Assembly (NCBI GenBank): GCA_030141605.1
Contig: JAQGDQ010000390.1
Location: 124,001-188,000 of the forward strand
DNA: 64,000 bases
Direction of reading: 5' to 3'
DNA from: Tubiluchus corallicola
Lineage: Eukaryota > Animalia > Priapulida
Shown: positions 26,740 through 57,496 of the stretch, one piece after another
Layout of the letters: every line of letters starts with the position of its first letter
How positions within the stretch are numbered: the stretch's first letter is position 1
Position numbers and translations under genes: made by a program
Notes under the pieces: model-generated
Told to the model about the DNA's origin: nothing
The model's input: only the letters and a program-made list of their open reading frames with translations
Database searches by the model: none

Positions 26740-28146
26740 CAAAACCAATACCAATTTTACATTGTGTATGATCTTGCCACGTACATGCCTTTGCCACCTG
26801 ATTACATGTATAATAGTTTAATGCTCAAAAGGACTAGCTGGGATCACCCTACTGACGATTAAGGTCAGAAACTTTTTAAACTGAGTAAATCGTGCAGTCG
26901 TAACCTTAAACCAATTTAAAGACCTCAATGAGATCGCATCTTATTCTACGGTCTTCTAACATTGTAAATTTTACTCATTCAGCCTCTCATCATAACGTAA
27001 GTCTTTTAATATAAATCTGTAAGTTAAGAATTCTAATATTACAAGATCACCCGACTAACTGTTAATGGTGTGTTACCATTGTTGCTTAAAATCACCTGTC
27101 ACCACTTGTGTTGTTCTAGATATTTTCATAAGCATAAGCATGCATTATCTTTGTGATTTGTACTCAAGTTTTCCTTATAGCTTGTAAATAATTATTTTGT
27201 TGTAATTGTTTTTTGCATAATAATATCTCTGTTCCAACACTCAGTCAATGTATTAGAGCCTGCCATAACTATGCCTAACTTTACAATAAGTTGTCAACTA
27301 TTTTTTATTAGATTTTAAATAGCCATACAAAGGGACTGTCTATAATCTAGCAGTGCAGTAAGTAATCAGTTATTTTTTTATTATTTCTAACACCCGTCGT
27401 CATAACATGGCTTATAAGTGCACAAAAATCAAAATAAAAAAAGGAAAACATAAGCTTTCATAATCTGATGCTGCTTACCTACCATGCAGCAGCTCACGGA
27501 ACTAATTGCCGTTTCTTAGCACAGTTGCAAAGAAAATATAATTCAGTAAGTTAAGGAATCTAATGCTATAATAGCAGCTGACGAAACTGCTTATAGTGTG
27601 ATATGATTGTTGGTAAAAGTTATACCTCCATCTGTGTGTGGTATGCGGTATTTAACCTTTTAACCTTGCTAAGCTCAGCGAATTGTTTGTGACGTCACTG
27701 TGAACATCACATCAGAGTCTTATAGCAATCTTCATGTACGCAAACGCACAGGGAAGATGCCTACCATTGCACAAACTGTGGTTAGTTTGTGACATAAGCG
27801 ATAGCTGCGCTCGGTTGCGGTTAATTAACTTCCCAATTATTCCAGCATTAGAAACAATTGCTAACATTTATAGGCTAGAAGATGTACATTTTCCACAGTA
27901 AATTAAAATGAGATTCAGTCTAATCAATCGTCTGGTTTTTCTTTTAATTATTAGTTAAGTTGTTAATTAATAGTACATGTATAATAATGTTTTAGTCTTA
28001 ATGATATCTGTACACTTGCACTGAAATCTGCAATAATTAATTTTTACGTTTTGCTTTTTTCCTACTCATATTAATTATAAAGCTTAAACAAGGCTAAATA
28101 TCAGTAAGGCTATTTTTAACACTAATAAAATAATAATAAATTACAT

Positions 28147-28150
<4 letters not shown>

Positions 28151-28216
<66 letters not shown>
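28151..28216. repeat. (TA)n microsatellite
   Basis: Read directly from the sequence. Confidence 0.97.
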
Positions 28217-28219
<3 letters not shown>

Positions 28220-28861
28220 CAAAAAATTATATGTAATAACAATAAAATTATTTCAAAATTCCATCAAACAATTTAAACATTTGTCCATCTTTGTTTTGAA
28301 GTACTACCACTACCTTTAGAATATTCGTTTGGAAGGACTTGGGAGAAAAACTCCAGCTTCATTTCGAAATTTCGTTGCAAAAATAAATAAAAACATTAAG
28401 AACTAAATTAATTGAACATATTCTTTTCGTTTGAAGTATAAATCAGTAAACATTGGTTGGGTTTTAACAGTAGCACGCGGCTCAAGGTTAAATGGGTGGG
28501 CCAGTTATGGATGATGGAGAGAAAAGCGATGATTGAGGAAGGATTTGATTCTAAAGATTGATGCGAAGGAATGGAAATAGCAGATAATGTTGAAATCCCT
28601 TCATTGGTACATAAAATAAAATTCTCGAAGTTTTAACTTTTCCGTTCGTACCATGTTCTTCTAACTGAATTGTTCTGGGCCAACTTTAGTACCAAAGTTG
28701 CTACCTGTTTTTTGTACGCATTGAGCTGTGGGAGTTTGTGGGGATATCGCTAGCTATTGTGAGTAGCTTACAAAATTTTTCCATTGGAATCAAATAGAAT
28801 GAAAACAAATATTTTCCCTATTTCCTAGACGGTTCTGGAGTTTCTAAGACGTTTCCAGGCG

Positions 28862-34105
<5,244 letters not shown>

Positions 34106-35493
34106 AAAAAACTCAGCAACAATATACAAAAATAATGAAAGCATGGGTTATTATACCAAACAAAAAAGCACACACAGTTGTGCCACATTCATTATTAACG
34201 GCACGACGTTGTAGCGTTAATAAAGTTGAGACAAAATACGGTAAATTTGCCGACAACACTGAACTTAAATTAAGGTTAATGACGTGCGGAAGAAAAGTTC
34301 AAACGCTTCAACTACAAGTGACCTTAGTTTGTGTTACTGTTCTAACGATCAATCTTAGCTTGTAGGTCAGGCTTGTAGGTCTTCATTAATTATGTCACCG
34401 TTTTTTTTGTGGATAACTGCCACAAAGTTAGAAACAGAGTAAATACAGAATAATATTGCTTCAATTATTGGTATTTGGTGATGCCACCGTATCATGACTG
34501 TCAGTCAATTTTATTTCGTTCTATTTCGATTGGCAAGTCCGTGGTTTATCAAGTTTTATCAACTGTTTTAATGTTTTAAACACTTTGTCAGCAAATAATC
34601 TTCGTACCATGCATAGCTGTAGCTATCTTAATGATGCCTTTATCAAGATTGTTATTTAGTCTCAGTAGTGTGTATTTGATGTTTTTTTTTGTTAATGTGC
34701 ATATTTAATGCAAAATGACTGCGACTAAAGACATGAATGCTAAATAAAAGACTTTCATTATTATTATCATCATCATCATCATCATTTTTTGAAATCAGGC
34801 GTTTGTTACTTGTAAGAAACCACAGACATACAGCAAAAAACCGTGTCAAAATCTTTTCTCGAAACTTTTGCAACGAATTACACACGTGCTAACGGTCACC
34901 GTAGTAACTAGCTTTGCTGCTTAATAGTAGCTGAAAAATCGGACTCTCTTACGGTGTCCACTATGGTCCATAGAATTTTCGTGCAAAATTTCAGCATCCA
35001 GCGATGAAAACGTGTGGCCCTTGGTAGCTTTTAAAGTTAAACGACGACGACGACGACAACAACAACAACAACAGCAGCAGCAGCAGCAGCAGCAGCAGTA
35101 ACAACAACAAACAACAACAAACAACAACAACAATATGACTTAGAGTTAGGGATCTCGCATTTCGTGTCGGATTAAAAAATAATGACGTAGCTATAAGCTT
35201 CGTTCCACGGGTACATGTAGTCTCTTGCAGTCACTATTGTCATGACTGCCGTCCTTTGGGAAAATCTTCCAATGGCAACATGTTCCTCCTGGATACAATT
35301 TGAAGCGAAAAGCCATTTCATTTGTTGCGAATATTGACTAATCTTCAATATCGGTGAGTTTATGTTACAGCTTCCTAGATTACATGCTTGCTTATGTCAT
35401 TGTACTGCAGTTGAACTTAGTTACGGCATGAAACGGATGATGTTACCGAAACTTGGTATAAAAAAGAAATTTTTGTGACGGAATGACGTTAAG

Positions 35494-47502
<12,009 letters not shown>

Positions 47503-48731
47503 TGATGATTGCGTCGATCGTCTGATTGTAGCTTGATGTGTTATCGCTTAGAATTATTATTCAGTATTCTCGCTTTGTAAAACTAATGACAACAAAACTT
47601 GGGTAAATTATTGTGAAAGAAATGATGTTAGGAAAATAAAGAGAAAGAGGAGGATGAATTAGAAAGAAATGGATCAGTGAGAGACTCATATGAAAAAATA
47701 ACTAAACTTTTATTGAGGGTAGAAGACCCTTTGATACTGAAATTGAGATAATTTATGACACTGACTAACATGCATAATTATTTTAGACGTTTTGTTTAAC
47801 TTTTATTCACAACGCACACGATCTGTTTGCAACAACTTATCTGACCCACATTTTGCTCGTCTGCGCACTCGATACAAACGCTGTTCCACCAAATTTGTCG
47901 CACATAGATTTTTATCAAACTCGCCTTTTTGTCGTACACAAACTCATCTTGCCCCCGTGTACGCGCTCGGTACAAAAATTTATACCAAATAGAAGTAAAT
48001 CAATAAAAAGCAATCGTTTAATCACTTGCCATTGTTTGCAGAGGTTTTTCATGACACAGTTTGCTTCACACAAGAGTTGACGTGTGCAGGCAAATTTTGT
48101 CTGAGACAGTTTACGTCAGACAGTTTGTTGGAGACAGTTTTTACCGTATGCAAAAGCTTAATTGAATAGACTTTGTGTAATTTTTTTCAACTCATAGGAC
48201 AAAATGCAAAACGTTTTATAGAAACTTTATTTATAAAAATGTAACAGAATGATCACTTGGTTGCATGATCAACATAAGCAGATTTTACTTAATTTACACA
48301 TTTTTATACGTATAATTAAGTTGTATGTCAAATAATTGCAAATCATAATGCTATGTAACAGTTATCATTTGATTATTACGGTTGCAGTCTTATAGCAGGT
48401 CGTATTTTCAAGTTATAAATGCTTAGTTGTCATGCATGCGCTCCATGCATAATTAGATTGCTGGAGAAATTTTATTATCATGCAATTATGTGGAAATGCA
48501 TGTCTGAATAAAACCTGGATTGGAATTTACATGAAAACATTTAGCTCAACTATAGTACCTATAAAATCTTTATTTATAAGCAATATCAAACTTTGGTTGA
48601 TATTTTTACGTCGAGTTCTCGTTAATAGCTAATGGTTAATTGTTTAGCTAATTATACAATTATAGTTCATCTATGTTTCTGCGATAGTATAAAATTTACA
48701 TTTTTTGCGCAGTACATGTGAAGAAAAGTTA

Positions 48732-51700
48732 TCACAATTTAGAGACGCCGCTATGATCAGGATCTCTCAGTCGCTGATGAACTGCTTCACCTCCATCATT
48801 TACAATCACCTGCAAAAAGAGAGATTTTAAGAGTCTCTAATCATAAACTAAGCCCAATGGTACAGAGTGCTAATAACTAAAATAATACTATAGGTAATGA
48901 GCTTTTTCACAGTTTCAGCGATTGACAATGATCGAGAAAAAGTCAAAGGTTGAGTGTACCAGACAAGGGATTTGTGTACACTTGACAACGCCTTGCATCA
49001 ATGCTATTGTAATAGTAATAGTTTTAACAGCTAGCTAGAACCTTACCTAGCTTAGTTTTTCTTGTTCCCAAGCACAGACTAATTAATGCATAATTAAGAA
49101 AAGTCCACGTAAAACAACTGAAGTTACTGAACTGATGCGACAGACGGCTTTGCTTTATCCACACGCCACGTGACGGTTGTAGTTAAGACGTGTTGCTGTG
49201 GTACATTTAACCTTTGACCTACAGCAAGTGCGCAGCTTTGAAGCGAAACATTTCACACAACAAAACTGTGAAAAGGTTTATTAAGCAAACAAGTTTGACA
49301 TGTTAGTAAGTAATAATAGTTTAAGCTAATTTAAGACGGGATTTAAACGAGTCATATGAAGCCTGGCCGTCCATAGTGGTCCTTTCCTTCAATAGTTTTT
49401 TTATACCGCTAAGACGGCGAAGTACCATTTATCTTCAAACCCACCCCCAAGGAGCAACTTTATTTTACAAAATTCTCTCTGTTCTTTCGTTTACACGAAG
49501 TGAACTAGCAAACAACATTATAATGCATTTTGGGGCACTGCAAGGTGCAATTCAGCACACATTTGCATTAGGTTTTACATTGACTTTTGTGGCTAGACTG
49601 GAATCTAGCTACGTTGTTAAAGACAACCATCAATGGCAAGCCATTGAACCGACAGAAGTAGCTTAGCCAAGTTCCCATGTAGTCTACATACATCCTTCCT
49701 ACATCTGGTAAAAAGCCAGAATCAGTGTAACAAATGAAACCTGCCAGGTTGATTATTGAACCCAGATAATCACGAAGCATTCACTGTCAAGGTTCGGCAT
49801 GGCTTAACTCCGGTCGCCTTGACATCTGATCTATTCACCAAGCCTTGCGTGGCACCCGTCTGCCAATTTGAATTGTTTGGCCTTAATGGTCTTTAGAATA
49901 CAAGATGTGTTGATAGAAACATTTAAAATTTACTATACCCTACTGAGTTTCAAGGTCAAACTCAAGGTCATAGGGTCCTTCCTCCTTTCTCTCCCGTAAT
50001 ATTTTCATGTTCAGAATCATATTGCAAAATCAGCAATATGTCTCATTCGTATTTCATCTAACATTTTGCTTTTTCGGAAAAAAATACGAATCAACAGAGC
50101 CTGTGCTGAACATTATTTTGCACTGGTATATAAGCACTAATTTAACCGATTGCACAGTTTATAACATGTGTAACCTTTTTGGACCCTTAAGGACTCTGTT
50201 AAGGTCTGAAGTCCTGAATTAGTAATAGATGATGACCGCAGTTTCACCCATATAACTATGATTTTAGTCATTATGGTCATGCCAGCTCTGAATTTCACAG
50301 AAATACACAGTCGATGATCTAATGCCAAACTTCCCATTAACAGGTATTCTTACCTTGTTTTTGCCACGTGCTCTGTAGAAAATGCACTCAATGATCAGGC
50401 ATAGAATAGCTAGGATTACAAAAGCCAACAGCATAATGAAGGCGAAAGCAAATCTGAGCAGATCTATTGGTAACGCCAGGGGAACAGGCGACCCTTTATT
50501 GCCTTTTGAACTCTCTGCAAATAACAAAAAGCAATGAAACCAATATGAAATCAGTCAATGAGAAATCAATTGAATGACTTGTAAGCTGTCACAAAAAAAG
50601 AAGAAAAGGAAGAAGTTGTAACTAAGAAGTATAACAGAAGTATCTAAGGCTGTTGTCCCTTCTTTTGCCCCATAATTGATTGATCTGCTTCTTCTTAGAG
50701 CTATATTTTCAAGTGAATCTAATCTTCATTTTCACCATCATCTCATTCACTTGTCATTGTCATTACTCTCACCATCGCCCTGTTATTTCATTCTCTTCAC
50801 TTAGTTTATTTCACAGCTTCTATTTCTCTCCATTTTATCTTATGCTCAGGCTTCAATGTCAGGTGAACCATCAATTTTGTTCTATTTTGTGGTAGTAATA
50901 TCTTGACTGCATTGTATGTAATAAATGTATTATTTATGGCATTTTGGAATAAACCAAACTAAGCTAGATTAAGCTACACTCAACACTGCAAGTGCTGGAA
51001 CATTCTTGGTCATGCCTGTAGTAGCACAGCAAACTGCAATACAGGGTCAAAAAAAGACAGGATGATTTTTTTATTTCCTACCCCATTCTGAAGTATGGTA
51101 AAAAGTATACATTTTATCACCAGTAATACTGCAAAAGCGTTTCACTCGTAATTAAATAACAGATTAAAATCTTAATGAACGATGGACGAGTCAAATGAAC
51201 ATAATTTTTAACAGCAAAAACATTCCATCAGCTTGTTGCATATGTTTGCAAAAGCGAAGATTGAAGTAAAGTGTATTACACCATGCTGCTACTGTGCAAG
51301 ATTTAGTGTAATATACAAAAACTCGACAAAGTTCAAGAAAAAAATCAAATTTCAAATTTACCACTGTGCTCACGCATGAGCTGTCGAATGTGTGCAGTAT
51401 GTCACGAACGAACAGCTCTGAATTAAGAGGTACAGCACGGTCGGCACCTGTTTTTTGTGCAACGTGTTTCCAAAATGCAGGCGGTAGTGCCGGTTTAATT
51501 AGTGAATAGCGAAATGCATGTAACAGCGAAGAACTAGTGGTGCAAACGCAAAATTGCGTTTTTGTGGTAATAATTCTTTCATGTAAGTTAGTCTTAAAAA
51601 ATAGTATGTTAGTTTTCAATATCTTAAATAGATTGCTTTGACCTGCAGTTTAAGATTTGTTCCGGTTTTCCTTTAACTTAATTCAGTCAGACATGTTAAC

Positions 51701-52462
51701 TGTGCACGGTTATAGGTTATAGAGAATAGGGAGACTCAGATGGTAAGCCCAGATAGTTAACTGACAGAATGACAGTCAGACCTTTATCAAACTTAATGAC
51801 AAAATCAGGGAATTTTCATACGCATTTCAAAAGCTGGCCTGAGTATCATAATAATAATTATGTAAGAAGCACAACAAATGGATGAGATCTTTTTGTGTTA
51901 CTAAAAATAGTGTGCACTTTGACACTGGCTGTCTAAGCAACCTAAAAGAGGTAGCATTTGTTTATTGATAGAAGATATTTTTATCGTAAAGAGAAAAAAA
52001 TGCCTGCAGTGGCAAAGAAACATGGATTTGGAGCATCTGTCCATGCTCCAAAACTTTTAGAGAATAAAGGTAGAACTTTTATTCTAAAGTCAGACAGAGG
52101 AAAGAAAAGAGTACGATTTTTGTCCCATGTTTACGACAAACAATTCATTTAACAATTCATGCAGTGAGAATGTGATGCTTACGTGTTAATGTGGTTACTT
52201 CAGCGCACTTGTCACTTTTTTCGAACCACCATTTTTCGTACAACGCGTCTAAGACGCCATCCTCTTGTAAGGAAATTAGAGCATCATTGAAGTCCGTCAG
52301 TAACCGGGGGTTGCTCTTGTGAATGGCTATTCCATATGACTTCAGTCCAATGTAAGGATTTATGGTTATTACACCACAGTCCTAAAGTTAAAAATAACGT
52401 TTGCTATAGTATGAAGGAAGGAGAGCAAAAGAAAGAAAGAGAGAGAGAGAGAGAAAGACAGT

Positions 52463-52526
<64 letters not shown>

Positions 52527-52556
52527 AGAGAGAGAGAAAGAGAGAGAGAAAAGGGG

Positions 52557-52636
<80 letters not shown>

Positions 52637-52652
52637 AGCAAAAGAGACAGAG

Positions 52653-52696
<44 letters not shown>

Positions 52697-52726
52697 AGAG
52701 AGAGAGAAAGAGAGAGAGAAAAGGGG

Positions 52727-52775
<49 letters not shown>

Positions 52776-55700
52776 AGAGAAGGGGAGAAAAAATGTTAGG
52801 GATGAAAGTATAGAGAAAGGAGTGTAAAAATGTAGCGAGGAAAAGAACTTTACAGGATGAAGTTGTTAATATCTGCCAAGCTTTATTAATGGCATACGAG
52901 CTCATTTAAAAACAGCATTAAAAGCATCTGAATAAGCAACTTGGATTACTTTGAAATATATGGCCTAGGTCAATTTTATGTCGCTGATCTAACGAATAAA
53001 CTTCCGTTCAGCTTGCGACTGATGATTATGACCATTTTAAAATGAGTTTTAAAAGTTAAAACCTATCTTTTTACTATAACGTTTAATTAGTGTGGGTCTT
53101 AAAGCCTATTTTTACTATATCATTTAATTAGTTGCCACATGATGTATGCTTATTGCAGTTATTCTTAATTGTAGACCTGTTTTGGGGCACATCTGATGAC
53201 AATAATTGTCGATTTATGCGCTTTACAAATAATCTTTATCATTATTATTACCTGTGCAGACACGTAAGACAACGATTTTGCTTCCCCCAGAAATGCATAG
53301 TTACCACTTTCGTGAACTCTGTCGATGCCTTCTGCCATGGAATTCACGCAATTACCTTCCTTTGTCATCTTAGCACCCATTTTCAGTATCGTTTCCACAT
53401 TGGATCTGTATTAGAAAAGGATAGCAAATTTAGTGTTTTTGAAATTCAAAAAGAAAGGCATGAAAACCAGGTCTTTGTCTGCCATTTGTAAACCTAGTTG
53501 TTTAAAAATGTCGTTATGGTTGATTAGGTGCCATGAAATGTTAACAGTCTAAAAGTTAGCCTAATGCCCATTGGGTGACTTGCAGGAACATAGTTGTGAA
53601 CCTATTTGTCTTAGCCTAGTCTAGAGGCAAGGCACACTGTGATTGTGATCGTATTTAAGAATGGTCTGTGTGTCATAAATGCTGGTCAGTTGGCGGATGA
53701 AGAAATCCCTTAGACTCTCGGTTATGGTTTATCCATTTGCCGTACTGATTCTGGCTATTCGCCTTGTAGATTTTACATCAAGATGTAGCTGTGACACCTC
53801 TGCTGGTTTAGTGATTATTCTAGAAGCATAGCCTTGGTAATGAATCAGGTTTCAGTCTACCTACAACCATCCATTTGTATAGGGCCTGTTGATAAATGTG
53901 GGATACAAGCTTGCAATGCACCTAATTGTGTAAAAAACATAGATGGAACACTTTCTGTATGAGACATAGAACCGCAGTTCTTTCTTCTAAAAGACACTGT
54001 TTTTAATTGCTTCCGGTACTTCTGCTTACTTGACTTCTTACCTCGTGAAGAAAGATTCAGTTGAGCCACCGCAGATAGCACCATAGTTCATCTTGCTCTT
54101 TGCCAGATCATCTGCACTCATGTACATGTCGACAGCAGTGAGCTTGTCCTCAGCGATTAAGCTTGCAGTGAGACCAGCCATGTAAGCTGCAGCAAAGATG
54201 GCAACAAATCCCCACCAGCCAATGATGAGGAGCCGCCCAGAAACTGAGGCAGGACCATGTTCGTAGCCTAAAAATGATAAAGATTGTGTTGCTTGTTCAC
54301 CAAAGATAATGAAATATGCAGCTACTTATGAACAATAAAGTGCTATATCAGAAAATCAGAATTAATTCCTTTGCCTTGTAACCAAACTAGGAATTTCTGT
54401 TCATTAATTGCTTTGTCTACACTGCCTCGTTTATAAAAGTATTTCACTAGTGAATATAACAAAAGTAACCAGAGACGTCTATTAATGAATTCGGCCACTT
54501 ATTCTTCAACATAAATTTTATTAAAAGCCAAACGTTTTCTACCACTTCTTTGATCTTTGCCGATTCAACACTAACTGCAGAAGGGATCAAAGTGTTTTAA
54601 GTTCTTAAAAAATTAATCTAAAAAGTAGAACTACACTTGCAGTAACTAACATTTATAATTGATGACAATTAATATCCCAGCAGTAAAAGCAGGCTTTGGA
54701 TCAAATGTTATGAAAGATCGAAAAAACCCAAGTTGCTATGGAAAACCGGAAATTCTTGGCATTTTGACATCTAGAGACTTCTACACTTACCTTGCCAGAA
54801 CAGCATGCTGCTAATGGAGAAGTATGAATTTCCTGAGCTATAGTACTTGGCTTGGATTTTGTTTGCAACACCTCGTTTGTACTTCTTTTCCCACTCGTAT
54901 GGACTAAACCTGGAATTTGATGGTTTAAAATCTAAAACTGACTTATATAAGTATTGGCCTTAAAATAAACTTTCCCTTCAAGAATGTCTGTAACTGTAAC
55001 AGAGGTTAGTTATAAAAGTTATATATATATATATATATATATATAACATATAACATATAACATATATAACATATATATATAAAAGTTAGTGGCATGACTG
55101 ATGAATTTTATAGCGTCTACATTATTTCTATATATATATATATATATATATGTACTTGGCAAAAACACTTTTTACACACTCAATTTAAATTAATAAATGC
55201 ATCTACAACAGAGAAAGTTCTCTTGTCAGCCGCCAGTTATTACTGCAGATGAAGGTGACAACCTCAAAGACAAAAAAGACTTACTAACTACTTTTGCAAT
55301 TACTACATCAAAACTAAGTTCACCACGTATAAACATTAGTGACATAAACTTAGCTATTATAGTGTTTGATAGTAAATTTTAGCAATATGTTTGTAAGTAA
55401 AACGAGCATATGGAAAAGTTTGTCTTTTTAGTACTTTTATAATAGTGCAGTCTGATAATCCCAGTGAATGAATTTTGTTATTATTTTCATTACACAACAT
55501 ATATATATATATATATATATACAATTACTGCAAATAAAGAATCATCATCACCTCTGGTCATCTCTTTGCATACACTTTTGTAATTGCAGTAATTAGTAAT
55601 TAGCACCTGTTTATTATAATCATGAGAATCCAGACGAGCACCCAGCCTCCAACAGCAGCAAGCCAAACACCACGAGTGAAAGGACGGATGAGCCAGTTCC

Positions 55701-57496
55701 ATGGATTGAGTCCTTCAATGAGTGGCTTCTTGATAAGAAATCCGATGCCCGTATTCATGAATGGCTTCGTAAAGTCCACGGCAGCTTCACGCTCGAATGT
55801 GATTGTCAAGGGCGCTGCTGCTGCGTCAACTTCCTGAAAGTATGCAAAACCATCATCATCATTAATGTGTGTTCTACTGAGAAGATAAGCAAACCAAGAC
55901 TGGCAACTAAATGGATAGGTGACCGCCGAGAAAACTATTTATAGACAGCTTCATCTACAATACTACTCTAGTAGTTTACCCTTATAGACAACTTCGTTTT
56001 CAGAACTTCGTTTTAAAAGATTATCTTTTAAAGTGCTAAATTATGCCAACGACAAAGCCAGTAAAAAGTCAAGTGGCAGCAGCAGCAACAATAACAACAA
56101 GTCAAAAACACCACTACCACAACCACAATGACAACAACAATAACAATAACAATAACAATAACAACAACAACAACAACAAAAACAACAAGTAAAAAAACAC
56201 CACCACCACAATCACAACAACAATGACAACGACGAGAACAACAACAATGACAACGACGAGAACAACAACAACAACAACAACAAAAACAACAACAATTCAA
56301 CATACCCTTCTCAGCACTTCTCCCATTAACCCACTCCAACCTTCTGATGTTTTCGATCCATATTTACTATCCTTCACCAGCTGCAACCTAAAAGCAAAAT
56401 CTGAAAAAAACATTATTAAAGAACCATTGTAATTACACAATTGTAGAAACTCTTAAAAATAATTACATATTTTATCACACTTCTGACTGTTTTACATGGA
56501 GAGTGCAAATTTGGACTGGCAAAGTTAGTCACTCCATAGAAGATAGCGAATACGTCACTTTTGGTCGCTTACTTTTTCTTTCAGCTATTTTTTCCACAAG
56601 ATCCGGAATGTAACCATAAAGACTAGTAGGATCATCAAAATCTCGTTGCATGGTATATGGTTCGTCCTGAAAAACATCAGCTTACTAATCCACATTTAAA
56701 ATAACCGAAGAATGTAGACAAAAACTTAATGTCCTTTATAATCTCAATGATTATAATATTTTTCCGGATCTTTCAGCCTAGCGGGCCTCATCAGCTGAAT
56801 AGAACGTGTTGCTAAGAGTGTTGGTAACCTTATAATGCTCTCAGGTTACCAGCACTTTCAAGTCAGGTAACGAGGCCCACTACGGCGAACGATCCTGAAT
56901 AAATATTACTATCTTTGAAACTAAAAAGAGCATGATGTTTTCCTCTGTTAATGATGACAATTCTCAGGAGAACTCTCTCGTATTTCAAAATCGAAGAATG
57001 TCTTAATTTCAGCAAGCAAATTGCATAGATTAATGCTCTTATATGAATATGCGGAACAATTGCAATAGTGCAGATGAAACACAGAAATTCATGGTAAAAC
57101 ATTTTAACATAAGATTTAAAAGCCTAAAACTGAATTAAATACGAAGTAATGCTTTATCCTCGGCACTTGCACCGTGTATACCTGTATCAGACGCAGTCTG
57201 TTTTGTAATTCTACTATAAATAAATAAAGTTTAAACTAAACTAATACTTTGTAGGATTAAACGATGACTCACAATGGGATTAAACGAAGTTTTTATAAAT
57301 GTGTAAAATACACAAAGTACTTTTTGTCGAAATTAAAAGTCTCAACTCACTTACCAACACTGTGCTAAAAATGAGAGCTCTGTTGTAAGACCTGTTATTT
57401 TCGGCTTGTCTTATTTCCCTGACCAAATTAACAGCAGCTGTAACATAAAAGTACCATAGGTATTGCATAAGCAATAATAGCAGTATAATAAAAAAT
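48732..57496 (-). CDS. Ionotropic glutamate receptor subunit (AMPA/kainate/delta-like ligand-binding domain and channel), apparently lacking the amino-terminal domain
   Basis: Exons: 57355 to about 57496 (5' boundary uncertain), 56573-56666, 56306-56400, 55607-55833, 54791-54909, 54042-54267, 53252-53405, 52183-52381, 50354-50514, 48732-48809 (stop). Motifs: NRALIFSTVLDEPYTM, YGYIPDLVEKI, DSKYG, APLTITFEREAAVDFTKPFMNTGI, RFSPYEW, SGRLLIIGWWGF, GSTESFF, YAFLGE, KSYGIA, EDGVLDALYEKWW, M4 FIMLLAFVILAILCLIIE. Confidence 0.93.
52437..52790. repeat. (GA)n microsatellite, interrupted
   Basis: Read directly from the sequence. Confidence 0.97.
55876..55936 (+). mobile_element. Degenerate 5S rRNA-like fragment (SINE3-type head or 5S pseudogene)
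   Basis: gaagataagcaaaccaagactggcaactaaatggataggtgaccgccgagaaaac parallels the 5S internal control region (gaagttaagc...ctggttagtacttggatgggtgaccgcctgggaatac). Related minus-strand copies lie at about 44703-44770 and 60794-60848. Confidence 0.5.
56077..56300. repeat. (CAA)-rich low-complexity microsatellite
   Basis: Read directly from the sequence; a similar tract lies at 35041-35133. Confidence 0.9.

Noticed and set aside
48732-48743. C-terminal SKL as a peroxisomal targeting signal
   Set aside because: The protein is a signal-peptide, multi-pass membrane channel; a PDZ ligand is the more plausible reading.
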